The notes beneath the pieces were generated by a model. The model made no database searches, was not told the origin of the DNA, and saw only the letters and a list, made by a program, of their open reading frames with translations. From Patellaria atrata CBS 101060 (lineage: Eukaryota), in the NCBI GenBank assembly GCA_010093705.1, contig MU006091.1:186001-250000 (forward strand): 64,000 nucleotides of DNA, written 5' to 3'. Within the stretch, counting starts at the first letter, position 1. Each line of letters starts with the position of its first letter. Made by a program: the position numbers and the translations under genes. This document shows positions 1 to 12,653 of this stretch, piece after piece.

Positions 1-62
1 GTGATGAGGTACGAGCCGCGAGCTTTAGAAGGAAGTTGGATAGTCTTCTGTGTCCAGGACAT
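1..62 (-). CDS. UPF0047/YjbQ-family protein, N-terminus only (runs off the window)
   Basis: ATG at 62 on the minus strand gives MSWTQKTIQLPSKARGSYLIT, matching the usual fungal YjbQ N-terminus (MSW.QK...LP...RGSYLIT). Not in the ORF track. Confidence 0.75.
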   Translation of the reverse strand, partial: MSWTQKTIQLPSKARGSYLI

Positions 63-974
63 GGTTGGCTTATTGTACGATTTCGATGGGCTAGTTGGAA
101 CGCAAGGTGGGGGATGATTAGAGGTGTCGGTTGAACGAGGCAGGAGGCGGAGTGGAAGATGAAGGATTCCAATAAAGAGATTAGGAAAGAAAGCTAAGGT
201 AAGAATTAGAAATAAAAGAAAGGTATGGTTTGCGGACACCAATGAGGTTCGTTGTCTCTGTTGCTGCATATGGTTGTGGAGTTAATACAGTTCGAATTGC
301 TCTGATGTATCTTTTGTGGACGAGCGGGAAGTGAGATGATGTCATTGGTGGATGAGATACAGAGTGTATTCCCTCCCCTGTTACGATTTGCTGTACTCTA
401 AAAACCGAACAGTAAGGCTAAAAGATAATCGTTATGTACATAGTATAGTAAAGTTGGTTTATATAAGTACTGTTGTAAATTCACAGTACGTTTCCACTTT
501 TACCTCTATAATGGACTCAAGCAATTCTCATGCGTAACTTCCCTGACATGTAGTTTTATTGGCAGAGTGGCAGTGAACGTAGAAAGCACGTGTGAAGAAG
601 GATATGCCTGATTTAATTCTTATACTATGCACATGATATCTCTGGGGGTCTGATTGCAGTTACCATGTCATCCTAAATTCCTCTCGCACACGCAAACAAA
701 GGATCAAAAAGCCAGCCCAAGAGGAAGGAAAGAACTACATGAGGATTTCAGATAAAACTCGAACCCCCAGCTGTGCTTCCACTAAAGCCCAAGTTGTTCC
801 CATCGGAGCGTTCCATTATCCCCGGAACGAGATTAGATCATTCGAATTAACAGGACTTCGAGATGATGCGAGGAAGTGTATGAAATGAATTGCAGTGCAT
901 GTCTGCTTGATGACGTCAGCGTTGTTACTGAATTTAGGGTAGTAGAGCACGCACGTTAGGGACTGTTCTTGTCC

Positions 975-1679
975 TTAAGATGGTTTCTCACGGATGAAAT
1001 AAAGATAGTTGTTCTTCTCGGGATGAACCGCCCATCGCCCTGGTCGACAGACTTTCTCGATCGTCTTGAAATTGCGAAGAACATGAGATCCGTCCAGTTC
1101 AACTACCCAGAACTGCTGGTCGTCTGTGGGATCTTTCGGTACCAGCTCATTGAACTCATACACACCGGTAGCAGTAGCTATCTTCCTGTTGTCCTCTTGC
1201 ACCTCAGCCTTAGAACGTCCATACCAGTGATTGTGCTTCGTATCACCGCTAGGGTTGATTGCTGGCGCGAATGTGGGAGGATATCCGTAGAGGTACCCAT
1301 GCGGACCTGTGCCTGGATACTGCGGAGCGGCAACAGTTGGAGTGTGGGGTTGTGGAGCTTGTTGCGCAAACGGCGCCCAGTATCCTGGTGACTGTGGCTG
1401 ATAGTAAGCATATGGGTTGACGGGAGGCCAATAACAGTAAGGATTTGGGGGCTGAGCAAAGTGAGAAGGTGATGGATGATATTGGAAGGTGAAAGGTTGG
1501 TTTTCAGCAGCTGCTGCGCTTTGATAGCAGCCTTGAGCAGCAGCACTCTGAGTATCAGCTGGCGGTCGCGCGTCTGGAGGCGGCGGTCCAGCTTCTGCAG
1601 CGGCAGCGGCTTGTTGCTCAGAGTGTTGAGCTGCTCGCGATTGCTGATCAATGATCCATTCCCCGTAAGTTGGCATCAT
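975..1679 (-). CDS. Hypothetical Pro/Gln/Tyr-rich protein with a globular C-terminal domain
   Basis: 234-aa ORF. Low-complexity N-terminal half, then WYGRSKAEVQEDN...FWVVELDGSH...PGRW. True start uncertain. Confidence 0.7.
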   Translation of the reverse strand: MMPTYGEWIIDQQSRAAQHSEQQAAAAAEAGPPPPDARPPADTQSAAAQGCYQSAAAAENQPFTFQYHPSPSHFAQPPNPYCYWPPVNPYAYYQPQSPGYWAPFAQQAPQPHTPTVAAPQYPGTGPHGYLYGYPPTFAPAINPSGDTKHNHWYGRSKAEVQEDNRKIATATGVYEFNELVPKDPTDDQQFWVVELDGSHVLRNFKTIEKVCRPGRWAVHPEKNNYLYFIREKPS

Positions 1680-2715
1680 GCATTCGGAGTATTGATGTAA
1701 AGGTGGGTTGCGCGATGTGCTGTCAATTTAAGATGATGAAGTGTGGGTTTGATGCGAGTTCGTTGACGGAGGCGGGTGGAAAACGAGATATCTTAGTAAT
1801 TAATGGGAGGAGTGTGGCACCAGACGGGAGTAGGTCGTGTGATGCGTATGTCAAATGAAAGTGGAAGGTGGCAAGCGAGAATAGGAAAAGAAAGGTAGGT
1901 ACCTTAATGACATCGTAAAGGTGATAGAATTACGCTGAAGAGAAAACGTCCCAAACATACCTCAGGTTCAGGATAATGGTATACGATTCTACGCTTCACC
2001 GTCGTCTCCCGCTGTCTCCTTGACATTGTCCTTGATTTTGATCTGGATCTCGTCCTCGTCGTCTTCCTCGTGCGCAAGGGTTCCTCGAGTTCTAACTCAC
2101 TCCATGCGTGACAAAAGGGGAAACACATCTTCGAAAAATTTGTTCGTGCAGGAATGATGAGAAGTGACAATTGTCTAAGGTACCTAGACTTACTGTGGGG
2201 GCACCACAAAGGATTTCGAGAAGGGGCGATCGCGTGACTCTTGCTAAGGTAGTCACGGGAGGATATAGTTGCCAACCTTGTGTGAATGTTAGAAATTACG
2301 ATCGAATACCGTACTCTGGCCAAAGAAAGCACAGAAGGTCATCCCCTACATATCCCCATTTCGTGCTGGAACCTGGCAAAGGGTGGGCTCGCGATGAGAT
2401 GAAATAGACCTCATCGGTTCCGGGTTCTACAGCCACTTACCGAAGCGTAATAAAGTAACCAGTCTGCGGAATATAAGAACCGCAAGGAAGGCTCTATTAT
2501 ACGCCCGGACGTCCGTTTGAGGCTCCGCAGATAGCTAGAGTTTTGTAACAGAACCTAAGAGGCATTACCGCTTATCATAAAAGGTCCTCTAAAGACGGAG
2601 GTATCAATTCAACCGTCTAGCAAACAGCAATTCCAGGTTTACAGGACAATCTAACATAATCCAACCTCCAATTGAAACTGCGGAAGAATATTCTTCATAT
2701 TCTGTCCCTGTTGGG

Positions 2716-3495
2716 CTAAGTTTTTTCAAGAAGCCTGCTGACGGTCACTACATCATAACCTCTCCGTTTGAGCTCCGGAAGAACGATCTGTAACATAGGC
2801 GGAGTCCAAGTTCTCCTATCGTGACAGATTATGATGCTTCCTGGCTGGACCATACTGAGTATGTGGCGGGCGTTCACACTCGAATACGGAATCTGAGGAT
2901 CGTGGGGATAGACATTTCCGAGTACCATTCTGTACCCTATGTCCCGCATAATTTTGCGCATTTTTGTACTGAAGAACCCTGACCCTGGACGAAAGTACCT
3001 CTGGGGAAGACTACGGCCTACGGCGGCGTATGCACTGTTTATGCTAGTTTCGACTTCTTGCATCTGCAAAACAAGTTCCGCATCGCTCAACGATCGTGAT
3101 GGCTCATCATGCATAGCGTGGTTCCCAAGCTCGTTTCCGCCGCGGACGATATCCTCCATGATATCTTCGTGTCCTGACACCTGGGAGCCGATTATAAAAA
3201 ATGTTGCGGTTGCATCGTGGTCCTTTAATAGCCGGAGGATATCCTTAGTGTATCTCGATGGAGCATCATCTATAGTGAGTGCAACTATCTTCTTCGAAGT
3301 TGAGACTCGCCATAGTACGTCCGGCCAACGGTACTGGAAGTAACGAATGACGAGAGCTGGTGGCTTATAGACGCAGTAAAGAGGGAGGAGTAAAAGAAGG
3401 AAGAGGACGAACATGATGACTAGTAGCGATAACATGGAGTGCCTTCTATTGCGTAGTCTTGACAGAAGACGGGTTATCTTTCTTGTTATCCTCAT
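2716..3495 (-). CDS. Polysaccharide/chitin deacetylase (CE4, NodB domain) with N-terminal membrane anchor
   Basis: Motifs ALTIDDAP, ELGNHAMHD, YFRPGSG, GSIIICHD; hydrophobic segment LLVIMFVLFLLLLLPLY. Confidence 0.9.
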   Translation of the reverse strand: MRITRKITRLLSRLRNRRHSMLSLLVIMFVLFLLLLLPLYCVYKPPALVIRYFQYRWPDVLWRVSTSKKIVALTIDDAPSRYTKDILRLLKDHDATATFFIIGSQVSGHEDIMEDIVRGGNELGNHAMHDEPSRSLSDAELVLQMQEVETSINSAYAAVGRSLPQRYFRPGSGFFSTKMRKIMRDIGYRMVLGNVYPHDPQIPYSSVNARHILSMVQPGSIIICHDRRTWTPPMLQIVLPELKRRGYDVVTVSRLLEKT

Positions 3496-3875
3496 TCTTC
3501 AAGGTGAATAGGGGCTACGATTCACGAGAGCCGCATATCCTAGGATTCAACTTGATCGTCTGGCGTTACAAAAACTGTGCTTTGCCTATAAGAAGTACCT
3601 CCCAGAAAGCCCTTGAGATGTCTTATGAAGGTAGTTATGATCATCATACGAAAAAGAAGTAGAGACAGGAGGACGCTGCAGTTCGAGTGTTCAAGAATTG
3701 TAGTCTGAGTGCCAGGGTCTGGGATGACGGGACGGGAACAAGGGAGATCCCTGCTTCGATCTGATGCATCCATGTCAGAAATTCAAGATTCAACATCTGA
3801 GTCTACAACATGACCTCATTTGTACACTCTTCTCCAAATCATGATATTCTCCTCCGATATTAGGAATCGACCAAT

Positions 3876-5021
3876 ATGTCTACTCAGACATCGGGAAAGA
3901 AAGGTACCCTGATCACATCTGGTGAAGGGACGTCCAAGGTTCAACCGCCAAAGCTTGAAAAACAGCCAACCCGAGCAAATTCAAGCACTCCTCAGATACT
4001 GGACGGGACTGTCTCGAATACTGCTATCACTGAGCAAACCAGACGCAGGAGACCACGGAAACTGAAGATAAATCGCCTAATTGATCCTCCGGCTAATTCC
4101 TCTGTAGAAAAATCTAGTGACAACTTCCCTACTCCTACACCTGCTCTAGGAACGGAGATTGAGGTACTCAAAGAGAAGTTACAACAGGTTGAAGGCCAAG
4201 TCGAAGATCTATATCGCCGCCTTAGCGCCGCATCTTTAAAATCTCCCCGTCGTCGTGGCCGTAAAAAGAAATTGAACGACCAAGGGGAGCCTCAAGATCC
4301 CGAATCGTTGGCGAAAGATATAGAAGCGGCTCAACTAGAATTGGAAACACTGCTTATAGCAGAGGCTGAAAGGTCCAGGACTTGTTCGCCGCATACCGCA
4401 TCCGTACGAGCAAAAGGTATACCTGAACCCTCACCCGATGAGGAAATAGAAGAGATTGTACGGAACGATGATCTAGGAACAGCTTCGGATTCAGCAGGTA
4501 ACGTACGTGGTCTTACCTTGAGTGGAAGCTATCGGCTACCGCTTCCAACCAATGTCTCTATGGAACATGTCCGTGCGATACAAAATGGGATCTCATCTGC
4601 AAACGCTGTAGCCCGCGGTATTTTGGATGCCAGACGGGCCAACCCACAGGAACAAAAATACGAAAGTTCTCATTCAATGCAGAGTAAGTAACCAAACGCC
4701 GGACTCCGAATACACGAGATTCCTGCCAACATTGGACTAATGTTCTTGTTTCCATTCGCAGCTTCTGGACCTTCAGGCTCGAGTTGGTCCGAATGGATTG
4801 GTGGATATAGCATGTCAGTAGCTCGTATTGTGAACAATATACGAGTCGATGCTGTTATAGGAGATGAAACTTTACCAAGTCGAGTTCATCAGCAAAATCG
4901 CCGATCTGTTGAAGGAAGGACTACAAGTGCATCCGTTGCAAGTGTGCAGCCTGCAATCCAAGGCCGTACATCAAAGCGTACGCCCAGAAAACCCGCAGCG
5001 AAGACGAATAATTCGGGTTGA
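3876..5021 (+). CDS. Hypothetical coiled-coil protein (2 exons)
   Basis: ORFs 3876..4691 and 4740..5021 join in frame across a GTAAGT..CTAAT..CAG intron at 4684..4761. Confidence 0.7.
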
Positions 5022-5518
5022 GGATAGCGATTCGAGACATGAAGCTCTTGCTCTTTGTTCTGTGCGTGCTCTTTCTTGTGGAGGAGACGATATTCTCATC
5101 ATCCCGATAGTCTGCTGTATATCCCTGTATCCAGTAGTGTACAGTTCCCTAACATATCCTCTGCGGAAGGGACAAAACTCAGCTATCTCTAACTACACTA
5201 TACTGGACAAAATCAAACTTATGGAGAATTCATAGTTATATAAAGGATTTATTGTCATGGTAGAGTACAAGGCGTATGCTTCCGGTAACCTGATTCTGTA
5301 TGAGCTCGTCACAAGCGTTTACCGGTTGAAATTCATCATAGAGTGGAAAGTATTTATTTACTAATTAAGGGGAGAAGTAATACTATGCAAGTAATGATAA
5401 GTTTCAGATTGAATATCCAATAGCTACTGCTCCGACAAGCAAGTAATCTACTACCCATTCCGATACCGTGTGCACCATATCCAAATTTTGGTCAACAATC
5501 GTTCAAGAGTGGGAGGCC

Positions 5519-7222
5519 TTAGTTTGACCAAAACCAACCTCTATTCTTCTTCTTATCCGAACCATTTGTTGTTGCTTGCGTCTCCGCTGATTCTGTGGCT
5601 GGATTCTGAAAATCGTTGAATGAGTCCGTTCCATCACGATCTTCGGACACATTGGATGTATGAACACTGGAACTCGTTTCCTCTCTACCATCGTCAAATC
5701 GTTTTTTAAGCACAACCTTGGTTGTAACTGTGCCGTCAGGAAGTGTAGATCTTTCAGTGGTAGTGAGAGTTGAGAGTATCTTTGACGACCTCACCGTCTC
5801 CGGATCGAGTGCACGGGCACTTGGGGAATCTTTCGTAGAATTCCGGGATTCCTCTATGGGTGGGGATATGCGCTCGTACAAGTCTAATTCTGTAGAAGGT
5901 TCTTCAGACTCCAGCGCTCCAGATTGCTCGCGCGCGTTAAGCCAACCCCAAGCATAACCCCTAATGTAACAGGCGCAGTCTTCCATTAGATGAGGCTCTT
6001 TGTTGTCGCGAGGTGATTTCTTATCCGAGTTAGGATCATTCTCTGAATCATACCAGCGGTCGGTTTCTTCATCGAGTTTGAGTCCAAGCCAGTTCATATC
6101 CCTCTTGACCAACTCATCTAACTGTTCCTCGTCTTCACCGGTTATTGTGTTCTGCAATTGTCTGATTGCTGTCCACCCTGACTCGGGTATCTTGCCAGCT
6201 TGGTCCTCGCTAAACTCTTGTGGGTCAAGAGCAGTGAAGCTCTTCCCTAGGATCAAACCAGAAATCCAATCACTGGGACACTTACGAACGGGGTTTGTAG
6301 AGTTGCTAGGTCCTACCAAGGTGAGACCGCTTTCGGCTCTCTGGAGGTCTTCGAATGCTCTGCGCCAATTATCATCTCCATTTCCCAGGCGAAACTCCTT
6401 TTCTAGCTTCAAGGGCGAATAAGAGTTTAATTGTAGGTATCGAAACATACTAGGAGCGGGATGATGTGCTCTCGATTCGCCAAAAGGAAAGGCTTCGTCT
6501 AGGAAGGAATCAAACTGCGAACATAAATGCCAAGGAAGGAATTCAGATAGGGGGACACGCCGGGCATCATCCGTAGGGATTCTAGTATCTGCGGGGCGCA
6601 AATCCACATGATCTACGAGATCGCTCCACAGTGACTTGGATGGCTTGGACTTTTCGTCAATATCAACAACAGCTTCTCGCGCGGGTCGTGGTGCTTGTGG
6701 TAGATTCCATGTCTCAAAGTCTTTCAGCATCTTGTCCGCGCTGCGAGACAACTCCCCCCACAGTCCTTCAGCTTGTCTCCATAATTGTTCCCTCTGAAGT
6801 TCCGCCCTCCCTACCGCCTCGTTGACCTCGTTGTTATCTCCTGGCTCTTGGGAATCATTATACGAGCCCTGCCAATGCCATTCGCTCCCCCAAGGATGGT
6901 CTTTACGGCTTTGTCTCCATCTCCAACCGTCCTGGTGCCCCTGTTGTTCTTCACTCGCTTCTTTGAGATCAGAACCCCGTAGTGGCCAATAAGCCTCTTC
7001 TCCCGTACCTGGGTTGCTTCTGTTGTTTTCTGTGAATCGATCGCTCGGATCGCGTTCGTTGTGCTTTCGGTTTAGAGAGGAGCGGTCGTGCGGCGCAAAA
7101 CTCTTGTAGAGCGCATTCGCTTGATCGTCGATGAAGTGACGAAATGTGATGAATGGGTTATTACGCTCTGAATCCTGAGGAGTGGAAGTGGGGTAAGTAT
7201 CTTCGGTTTTTCGAGGATCCAT
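5519..7222 (-). CDS. Hypothetical protein, 567 aa
   Basis: Long single-exon ORF. C-terminal beta-rich motif STLTTTERSTLPDGTVTTKVVLKKRFDDGREET and terminal GWFWSN. Confidence 0.75.
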   Translation of the reverse strand: MDPRKTEDTYPTSTPQDSERNNPFITFRHFIDDQANALYKSFAPHDRSSLNRKHNERDPSDRFTENNRSNPGTGEEAYWPLRGSDLKEASEEQQGHQDGWRWRQSRKDHPWGSEWHWQGSYNDSQEPGDNNEVNEAVGRAELQREQLWRQAEGLWGELSRSADKMLKDFETWNLPQAPRPAREAVVDIDEKSKPSKSLWSDLVDHVDLRPADTRIPTDDARRVPLSEFLPWHLCSQFDSFLDEAFPFGESRAHHPAPSMFRYLQLNSYSPLKLEKEFRLGNGDDNWRRAFEDLQRAESGLTLVGPSNSTNPVRKCPSDWISGLILGKSFTALDPQEFSEDQAGKIPESGWTAIRQLQNTITGEDEEQLDELVKRDMNWLGLKLDEETDRWYDSENDPNSDKKSPRDNKEPHLMEDCACYIRGYAWGWLNAREQSGALESEEPSTELDLYERISPPIEESRNSTKDSPSARALDPETVRSSKILSTLTTTERSTLPDGTVTTKVVLKKRFDDGREETSSSVHTSNVSEDRDGTDSFNDFQNPATESAETQATTNGSDKKKNRGWFWSN

Positions 7223-8189
7223 AGGAGTGTAGAAGGTGTGAATGAAAAATAAAGTATATGCGCACGTAAGAGGTCTCTATATAATAGGATATATTATCCT
7301 TTTGAAGAGTATGAATTCATCTGCAACGGCCAGCGATGGAAGAAGGTGTTTTGTACTTAAGTTGAAGTCAGTGGGTACGTAGAGTGCAAGAGTGTTGTAT
7401 ACACGTAAGAGCGCGCGTACATCTGAACCGCCAGCTAACAACCAATCAATTGCCGCCTTGAACATCAAAACCGCTTCACAGCCAATCATAGTGTATAAAT
7501 ATTAGAATTTTCTTTCTGATTTCTAAGAAATGAATTCCATCTTAAATGAATGATTGGATGCTACAGCCTGGATATCGTAAACCACAACGAAACTTCCCAC
7601 CAAAATAAACTGCCACAACGTTTTATTTGCTGTAAAATCGGGAAACTTTGACATTATTACTGCTATCATAAATGCTGACCACTAAAGTAATTCTGGAGAT
7701 AGAACCAGGTACGTCTCTATTCTATATTCTCTGTATCCATATTCGATTACCTCAAAAAGATATCAACGAACGCATCCCCTTCTCTGCCGCTACTCCACCG
7801 ACCTACTGTAGAGCTAGGTCAGAAAGACAAACGTAGGACATATTCTTTCAAGAATCGGAATTCTGACCCGAATGATGAATCGTCCCCCCCCGACAAATGC
7901 GCTGCCGAGCTCAAGCTAGGTAAAGAAGCAAGCCATGCGCTTGTTATCTACATTGCCACTCACTCAAGCATAGCATGAATGATGAAGCTCAAGATATATG
8001 TATGAATCGCATCGGTGGCCGTTGTGTACACCACAAGAACTTGCCCTCCCTTTGAGCTACTAACATTACCATTCATTCTATTGCCAGCTGGACCTGGACT
8101 GTTGGGTTCGCTCAGATACCATAACCTACCATCTGGAATTTGACGCCATCGTAAATGTCTGATAGAAGACCGGAAAGTGAAATTAGACG

Positions 8190-9511
8190 GTACAATCCCC
8201 GGATTCGCTGTCGACATCATTGACTGCAACCCCTTTCGACAGCCTCACACCATGGTCCGAACCTCCATGGTACAACTCGATGCATTCACCTTATTATAAC
8301 GACTCTCATCGAGCACTCCGTAACTCCATTTGGACCTAAATAGATACTCATATCCAGCCCAGCTGGGTGGACTGGGAAGCCCAAGGTTCTGCGCCCCGTG
8401 AGTCGATGAAAGCATGGGCAAAATCCGGCATTCCGTTCTCCGATATTCCCGGTGCATATCGCCCTTCCTAGGTTCCTCGGCCCGCTAACATTTTCTTCGA
8501 TGAGCTTGATGTCTTTCATCTGCTAGTGCAGGTAGACGAGATCTCCCGCATCGAAGGGGGTGCCATGACTGCTCTCGGGGGCGGATCCGTCGTCGGAGCA
8601 CCACCGATCTTCAACTGGGTCACCGAAACGTAGAGAGAAACCTGACTCCTAGGTCTGTTTACGTGGGATACAAGTATCACCCTCGGGTTAACGGAGCCGA
8701 GCGGTGGTGGTGATTATCGGGAATATATAGACTACAGCTGTTAAGACCGAGGACGGTAAGTACTATATTGTCAAAGAGCACAAGAAGTGGATTTCAGGGG
8801 CACCGTGGGCCACACATATGACTACCGCCGTTCGAACTGGAGGACCAGACGCGAAGGGTATCAGCGTTCTAGTCATTCCTACGGGGTTGGACGGGTTCAG
8901 CAGCCACAAGGTCCCTAATAGCGGGCAAAACGCCGGTGAAGCTTCGTTCATCGAGTTGGATGATATGAAAGTGCCAGTAGAGAACCTCGTCGGTAAAGGA
9001 AATGAGGGTTTCCAAGATACTCATGACCAACTTCAACAAAGAACGGCTCATAATGATCGTAGGGCGTAATCGCAAAGCGAGCACTTGCCTGAAAGTCTCA
9101 ATGAACTATGCGCATAAGTCGGAAACGTTTGGTAAAAAGCTGATCGAGCACCATATCGTCAGACATAAGATTGCGACCATGGCTCGATATGTTGACTCGC
9201 ATTGGGCATGGCTCGAACAATTGGCTTACCACACCCAATGCTCGCCCCAAAAGTGGCAGACGCCGGACTTCGCTACGAATATTGCCTTAGCAAAGGTTCA
9301 CGACGGTCGACTGTTGGAATTGGCGAACAGAGAAGCGCAACAAGTTTTAGGTGGACTCGGTTACTAAAGAGGAGGTGTAGGTGCAGTCATGGAACAGATA
9401 TCGAGAAATCTGAGAATGATGGTTGTCGGCGGAGGAAGTGAGGAGATTATCGCAGACCTAGCGGTTAGACAGGAGACTGCGATGGCACGGAAAAGGGGGT
9501 GGAAGTTATGA
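8190..9511 (+). pseudogene. Acyl-CoA dehydrogenase pseudogene
   Basis: Reconstructed reading: PWSEPPWY..SPYYNDSHRALR...LGLTEPSGG...KKWISGA...TTAVRTGG...FGKKLIEH...REAQQVLGGLGY*RGG...VGGGSEEI. In-frame stops at 8337, 8469, 8631, 8643 and 9365; frameshifts near 8715 and 9012. Confidence 0.9.
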
Positions 9512-9955
9512 GGGAGCTGCATCCTTTGTTTACCTTTGCGCTGTCGCCCGTTTTCTTTTCAGTTGCTCTTAAAAACGGCCTTCGGATTTCAGCTGTACAG
9601 TAGGTAGTTGATCAGACTATACAAATAACTGTATTCTGTACGAACGTCAAGGAGTATAATTGTAGTTATAAAGTCCCTCCCTCGAGGGGCTATCCATATT
9701 TAGGTTGGGGCATTACAATAATAAGATACGGTTTAGTGCCATCAGGGTAATTCCAACCTTTTCTTCACGTGTACACTGGAAAGAGAAAAGTGGTGGTGGG
9801 AAACCAAGTGAAATAGGGGCTAGATCGCAAGCCACAAAATGCGAAGTGGAATCCCCTCTCCCCAGTTATAAATATTAAATGCGGCCGCGACCGCACGTGG
9901 TCGCAACTTGCAAATTTTGGAATTCGCACCTCTGGGTAGAAGCGCTGAGGTAGGC

Positions 9956-11115
9956 ATGTTGTTGGTTGCGATTTTGTGTCTCTTGCTACAAGTTCAAGCG
10001 CAAGTATTTTCACCGCTACAGTTCATAAACACCCCAGATACAATCGAGATAGGGACCCCATATACGATAACATGGGAGTCTACAGTGGAAGAAGTATAAT
10101 TCTAACCCTTCACCTGAAACGGTGTGCTGACATTCTTTTTGCGCTTGAAAGCCCGTCACCCTATCCCTCGTCCGAGGTCCGGCTGAAAATGTTCAAACTG
10201 TCGCGATAATTGCAGGTGAGAACAGTGAGTTCTATGGGTTGATAATTGCTGAGAAAATCGTTTCAAGCGAACATACCCAACTCAGGATCATACACATGGA
10301 CACCGAGTAGCTCGCTGACCGAAAACTCTGGTTACGCTTTGGAGATCTCCGCTGGGGAAGTAACTAACTACTCGCCGTTTTTTACTATCCAAAGAGGCGA
10401 TGATACAGTCTCCAATGGGTCCTCTTCATCCTCGTCCTCGTCCTCGCCCCCTCCTCCAGCCGAGACGAGCACTGGAAGGCCTTCAGCTCCAACTCCAACT
10501 CCAACTGCAATATCAAGCCCAAGAACCTCGAGCATTCCAGTTCCGACGACCACGTCTGTAGAGACATCGTCGATCATCGAGTCAACAGAAGGTCGACCCC
10601 AAGGAACAAGCCAACCAGTCGTGGACTCAACATCGGCATCAGTTGATGCAGCAACAACTGAACCCGTAAATTCCAAGGCTCCCTCCACAACCGGTCAAGA
10701 TAGTCCGGACGTGACCTCAATACAAACAACATCAGAGGCCGCGGCAGGTACACCAACAGGGAGTACAGAAGATACTACACCTGGATCGGGCGGCCTCTCG
10801 ACGGGTGCGAAAGCTGGAATTGGTGCAGGCGCAGCAATTGGTGGTATTGCTGCTCTCACAGGTGCTTTTCTTTGGGGACGGCGAGGAAGGAAACGAGAGA
10901 ACAATCGAGAGCCGGAGCAAGACGTTGCGCGGCCGGCTGAATTGCACGGAAATAACTCTAAAGAGGTCCAACGAGCAACTTATCGAGGCCATGAGATGGA
11001 AGGGAGTCCTGTGGCATATCGTCACCGGAATCCGGAAGGGCAGGTATGGGAGATGGAAACTAATGCGAATATCCCGGAGATGCAATACTCGCCGTATAGG
11101 GCAGAACTTAAATGA
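9956..11115 (+). CDS. Secreted/cell-surface Ser/Thr-rich protein: Kre9/KNH-like N-terminal domain, S/T stalk, one TM helix, cytoplasmic tail (3 exons)
   Basis: Signal peptide MLLVAILCLLLQVQA; GTPYTITW..PVTLSLVRG..NSGSYTWTP..NYSPFFTI; TM LSTGAKAGIGAGAAIGGIAAL. Introns at about 10094..10151 and 10216..10268. Confidence 0.85.
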
Positions 11116-11434
11116 ATCCATCTTAAACTCTATCGCTAGTGGACTAGTAGGTCCAATACAACATTGATATCTCCCCTCGTAAACATCCTAGTAAGTGGTC
11201 ACGGCCCGTAGAGGACTTCAGGTAACATATAGCAGCGGGCGTAGAGCTAAATGGGCGTCGACATAACATATGTAAGAGTTTATGACTGTGTAGAATAGGC
11301 TTGTAGAGTGCAACGATCGCGATAACAATTTCTAGAAGATAAGAACACGATAGCCTAAGAACTTAATGGAAACCGAGCAGAACCTTATTGTTCTAGATGT
11401 TTTTGGTTCCCTGCATTCCGCACGCCTTGTGTTA

Positions 11435-12230
11435 TCACCAAGGATAGACTCCATCTTTGTGAATTAAAGTTCCAGATTCTGCATCTCTTTTGCCTTGAAT
11501 GATACTAAGTATCGTCTCGCCAGAAGTTCTCGGGTCGCCAGCTTTACCACCAAGAGTTCTTGCCTCGTCGCTCGTGCCCCGAAGGTTAGACACTACCAAC
11601 CCAGGACACATGGTAAAGGTCTTCAAACCTTGTGATTTATACTTCTTCTGTTCGAGTACGGCGAGCATGTTAAGGGCAGCTTTACTTGTCCGATATCCTT
11701 CTTCCATAGGGACCGACCATGGGTCAGTTGCTGCGCCGGTAAGGGAACCGACACCGCTGCTCACATAGATTGAGTAAGGGTTTGACGACTTGAGTAGCAG
11801 CGGCCTAAAGATTTCGGCAACCACAGCTGACCCGAAAACGTTGGTCTCCATGGAAACTCGCAGCCGGGTCCTCAAGTCCGGATGAAGGAAGCCAATTGCT
11901 GCATTGTTGACTAAGACATCGAGCCGTCCACGATCCTTCATAACCGTGTCTGCCGCTTGTTTGATGGATTCATCGTCCGTGATATCCATATACAGTGTAG
12001 AGAGGGAACCTTTAATACCAGTGGCCTGAATCTCCGACATCGCGGTCTGCAATTTGTCTAAGGAACGTCCAGCCATGATGACGTGGAACTCGGAAGATGC
12101 TTCTACTAACACGGCGGTAGTAGCATAACCTACGCCAGAGTTCGCCCCTATAATAGAGATTGGATCAGGATCAGCACATACACGATATATGTGAGCTCTT
12201 ACCCGTGATGAGTACGACCGTAGAAGCCAT
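11435..12230 (-). CDS. Short-chain dehydrogenase/reductase (2 exons)
   Basis: Exon 1 MASTVVLIT, intron at about 12149..12202, then GANSGVG. Also LDVLVNNAA and catalytic YRTSK. Confidence 0.92.
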
Positions 12231-12653
12231 TATGGATATACTGGATCTCCGTGTTTATTGATGTGCTGAATCTAATAGAGGAGAGTTACCTTCGTGTTGA
12301 TGCTTGAACGAAGACCGCATTTATAGCACCGATCTTTACTCAACATCACTCCAAAGAGTATGGGAACGTATGGCATGTCAGCATCGTTGCATCCATCCCT
12401 CTTCGCCCTTTGGGACGGAGCTCGGATTTAAGCTGTGATAACGTAGTAACGCGCCATTATAACATAGCTCGGAATGCTAGTAGTCATCATAGTGGAGCCA
12501 CACTCCGTCTATAGATCATCCTACTGGTCTATATTAAAGAAGGACGCTAGTACTAAAAGGGGGAAACTCTGCGAATGTCGGCCATAACATGGAAAATGTG
12601 GAAGATACTAACAGTTTGCAACATTAATAAAGCACTGTAGCTGTACGCCCTTC

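Noticed and set aside
1904..2332. 142-aa ORF upstream of the 975..1679 gene as an extra exon
   Set aside because: The obvious donor (GAG|GTATGT) and the acceptor near 1720 are not in frame with the downstream ORF; could be a uORF or noise.
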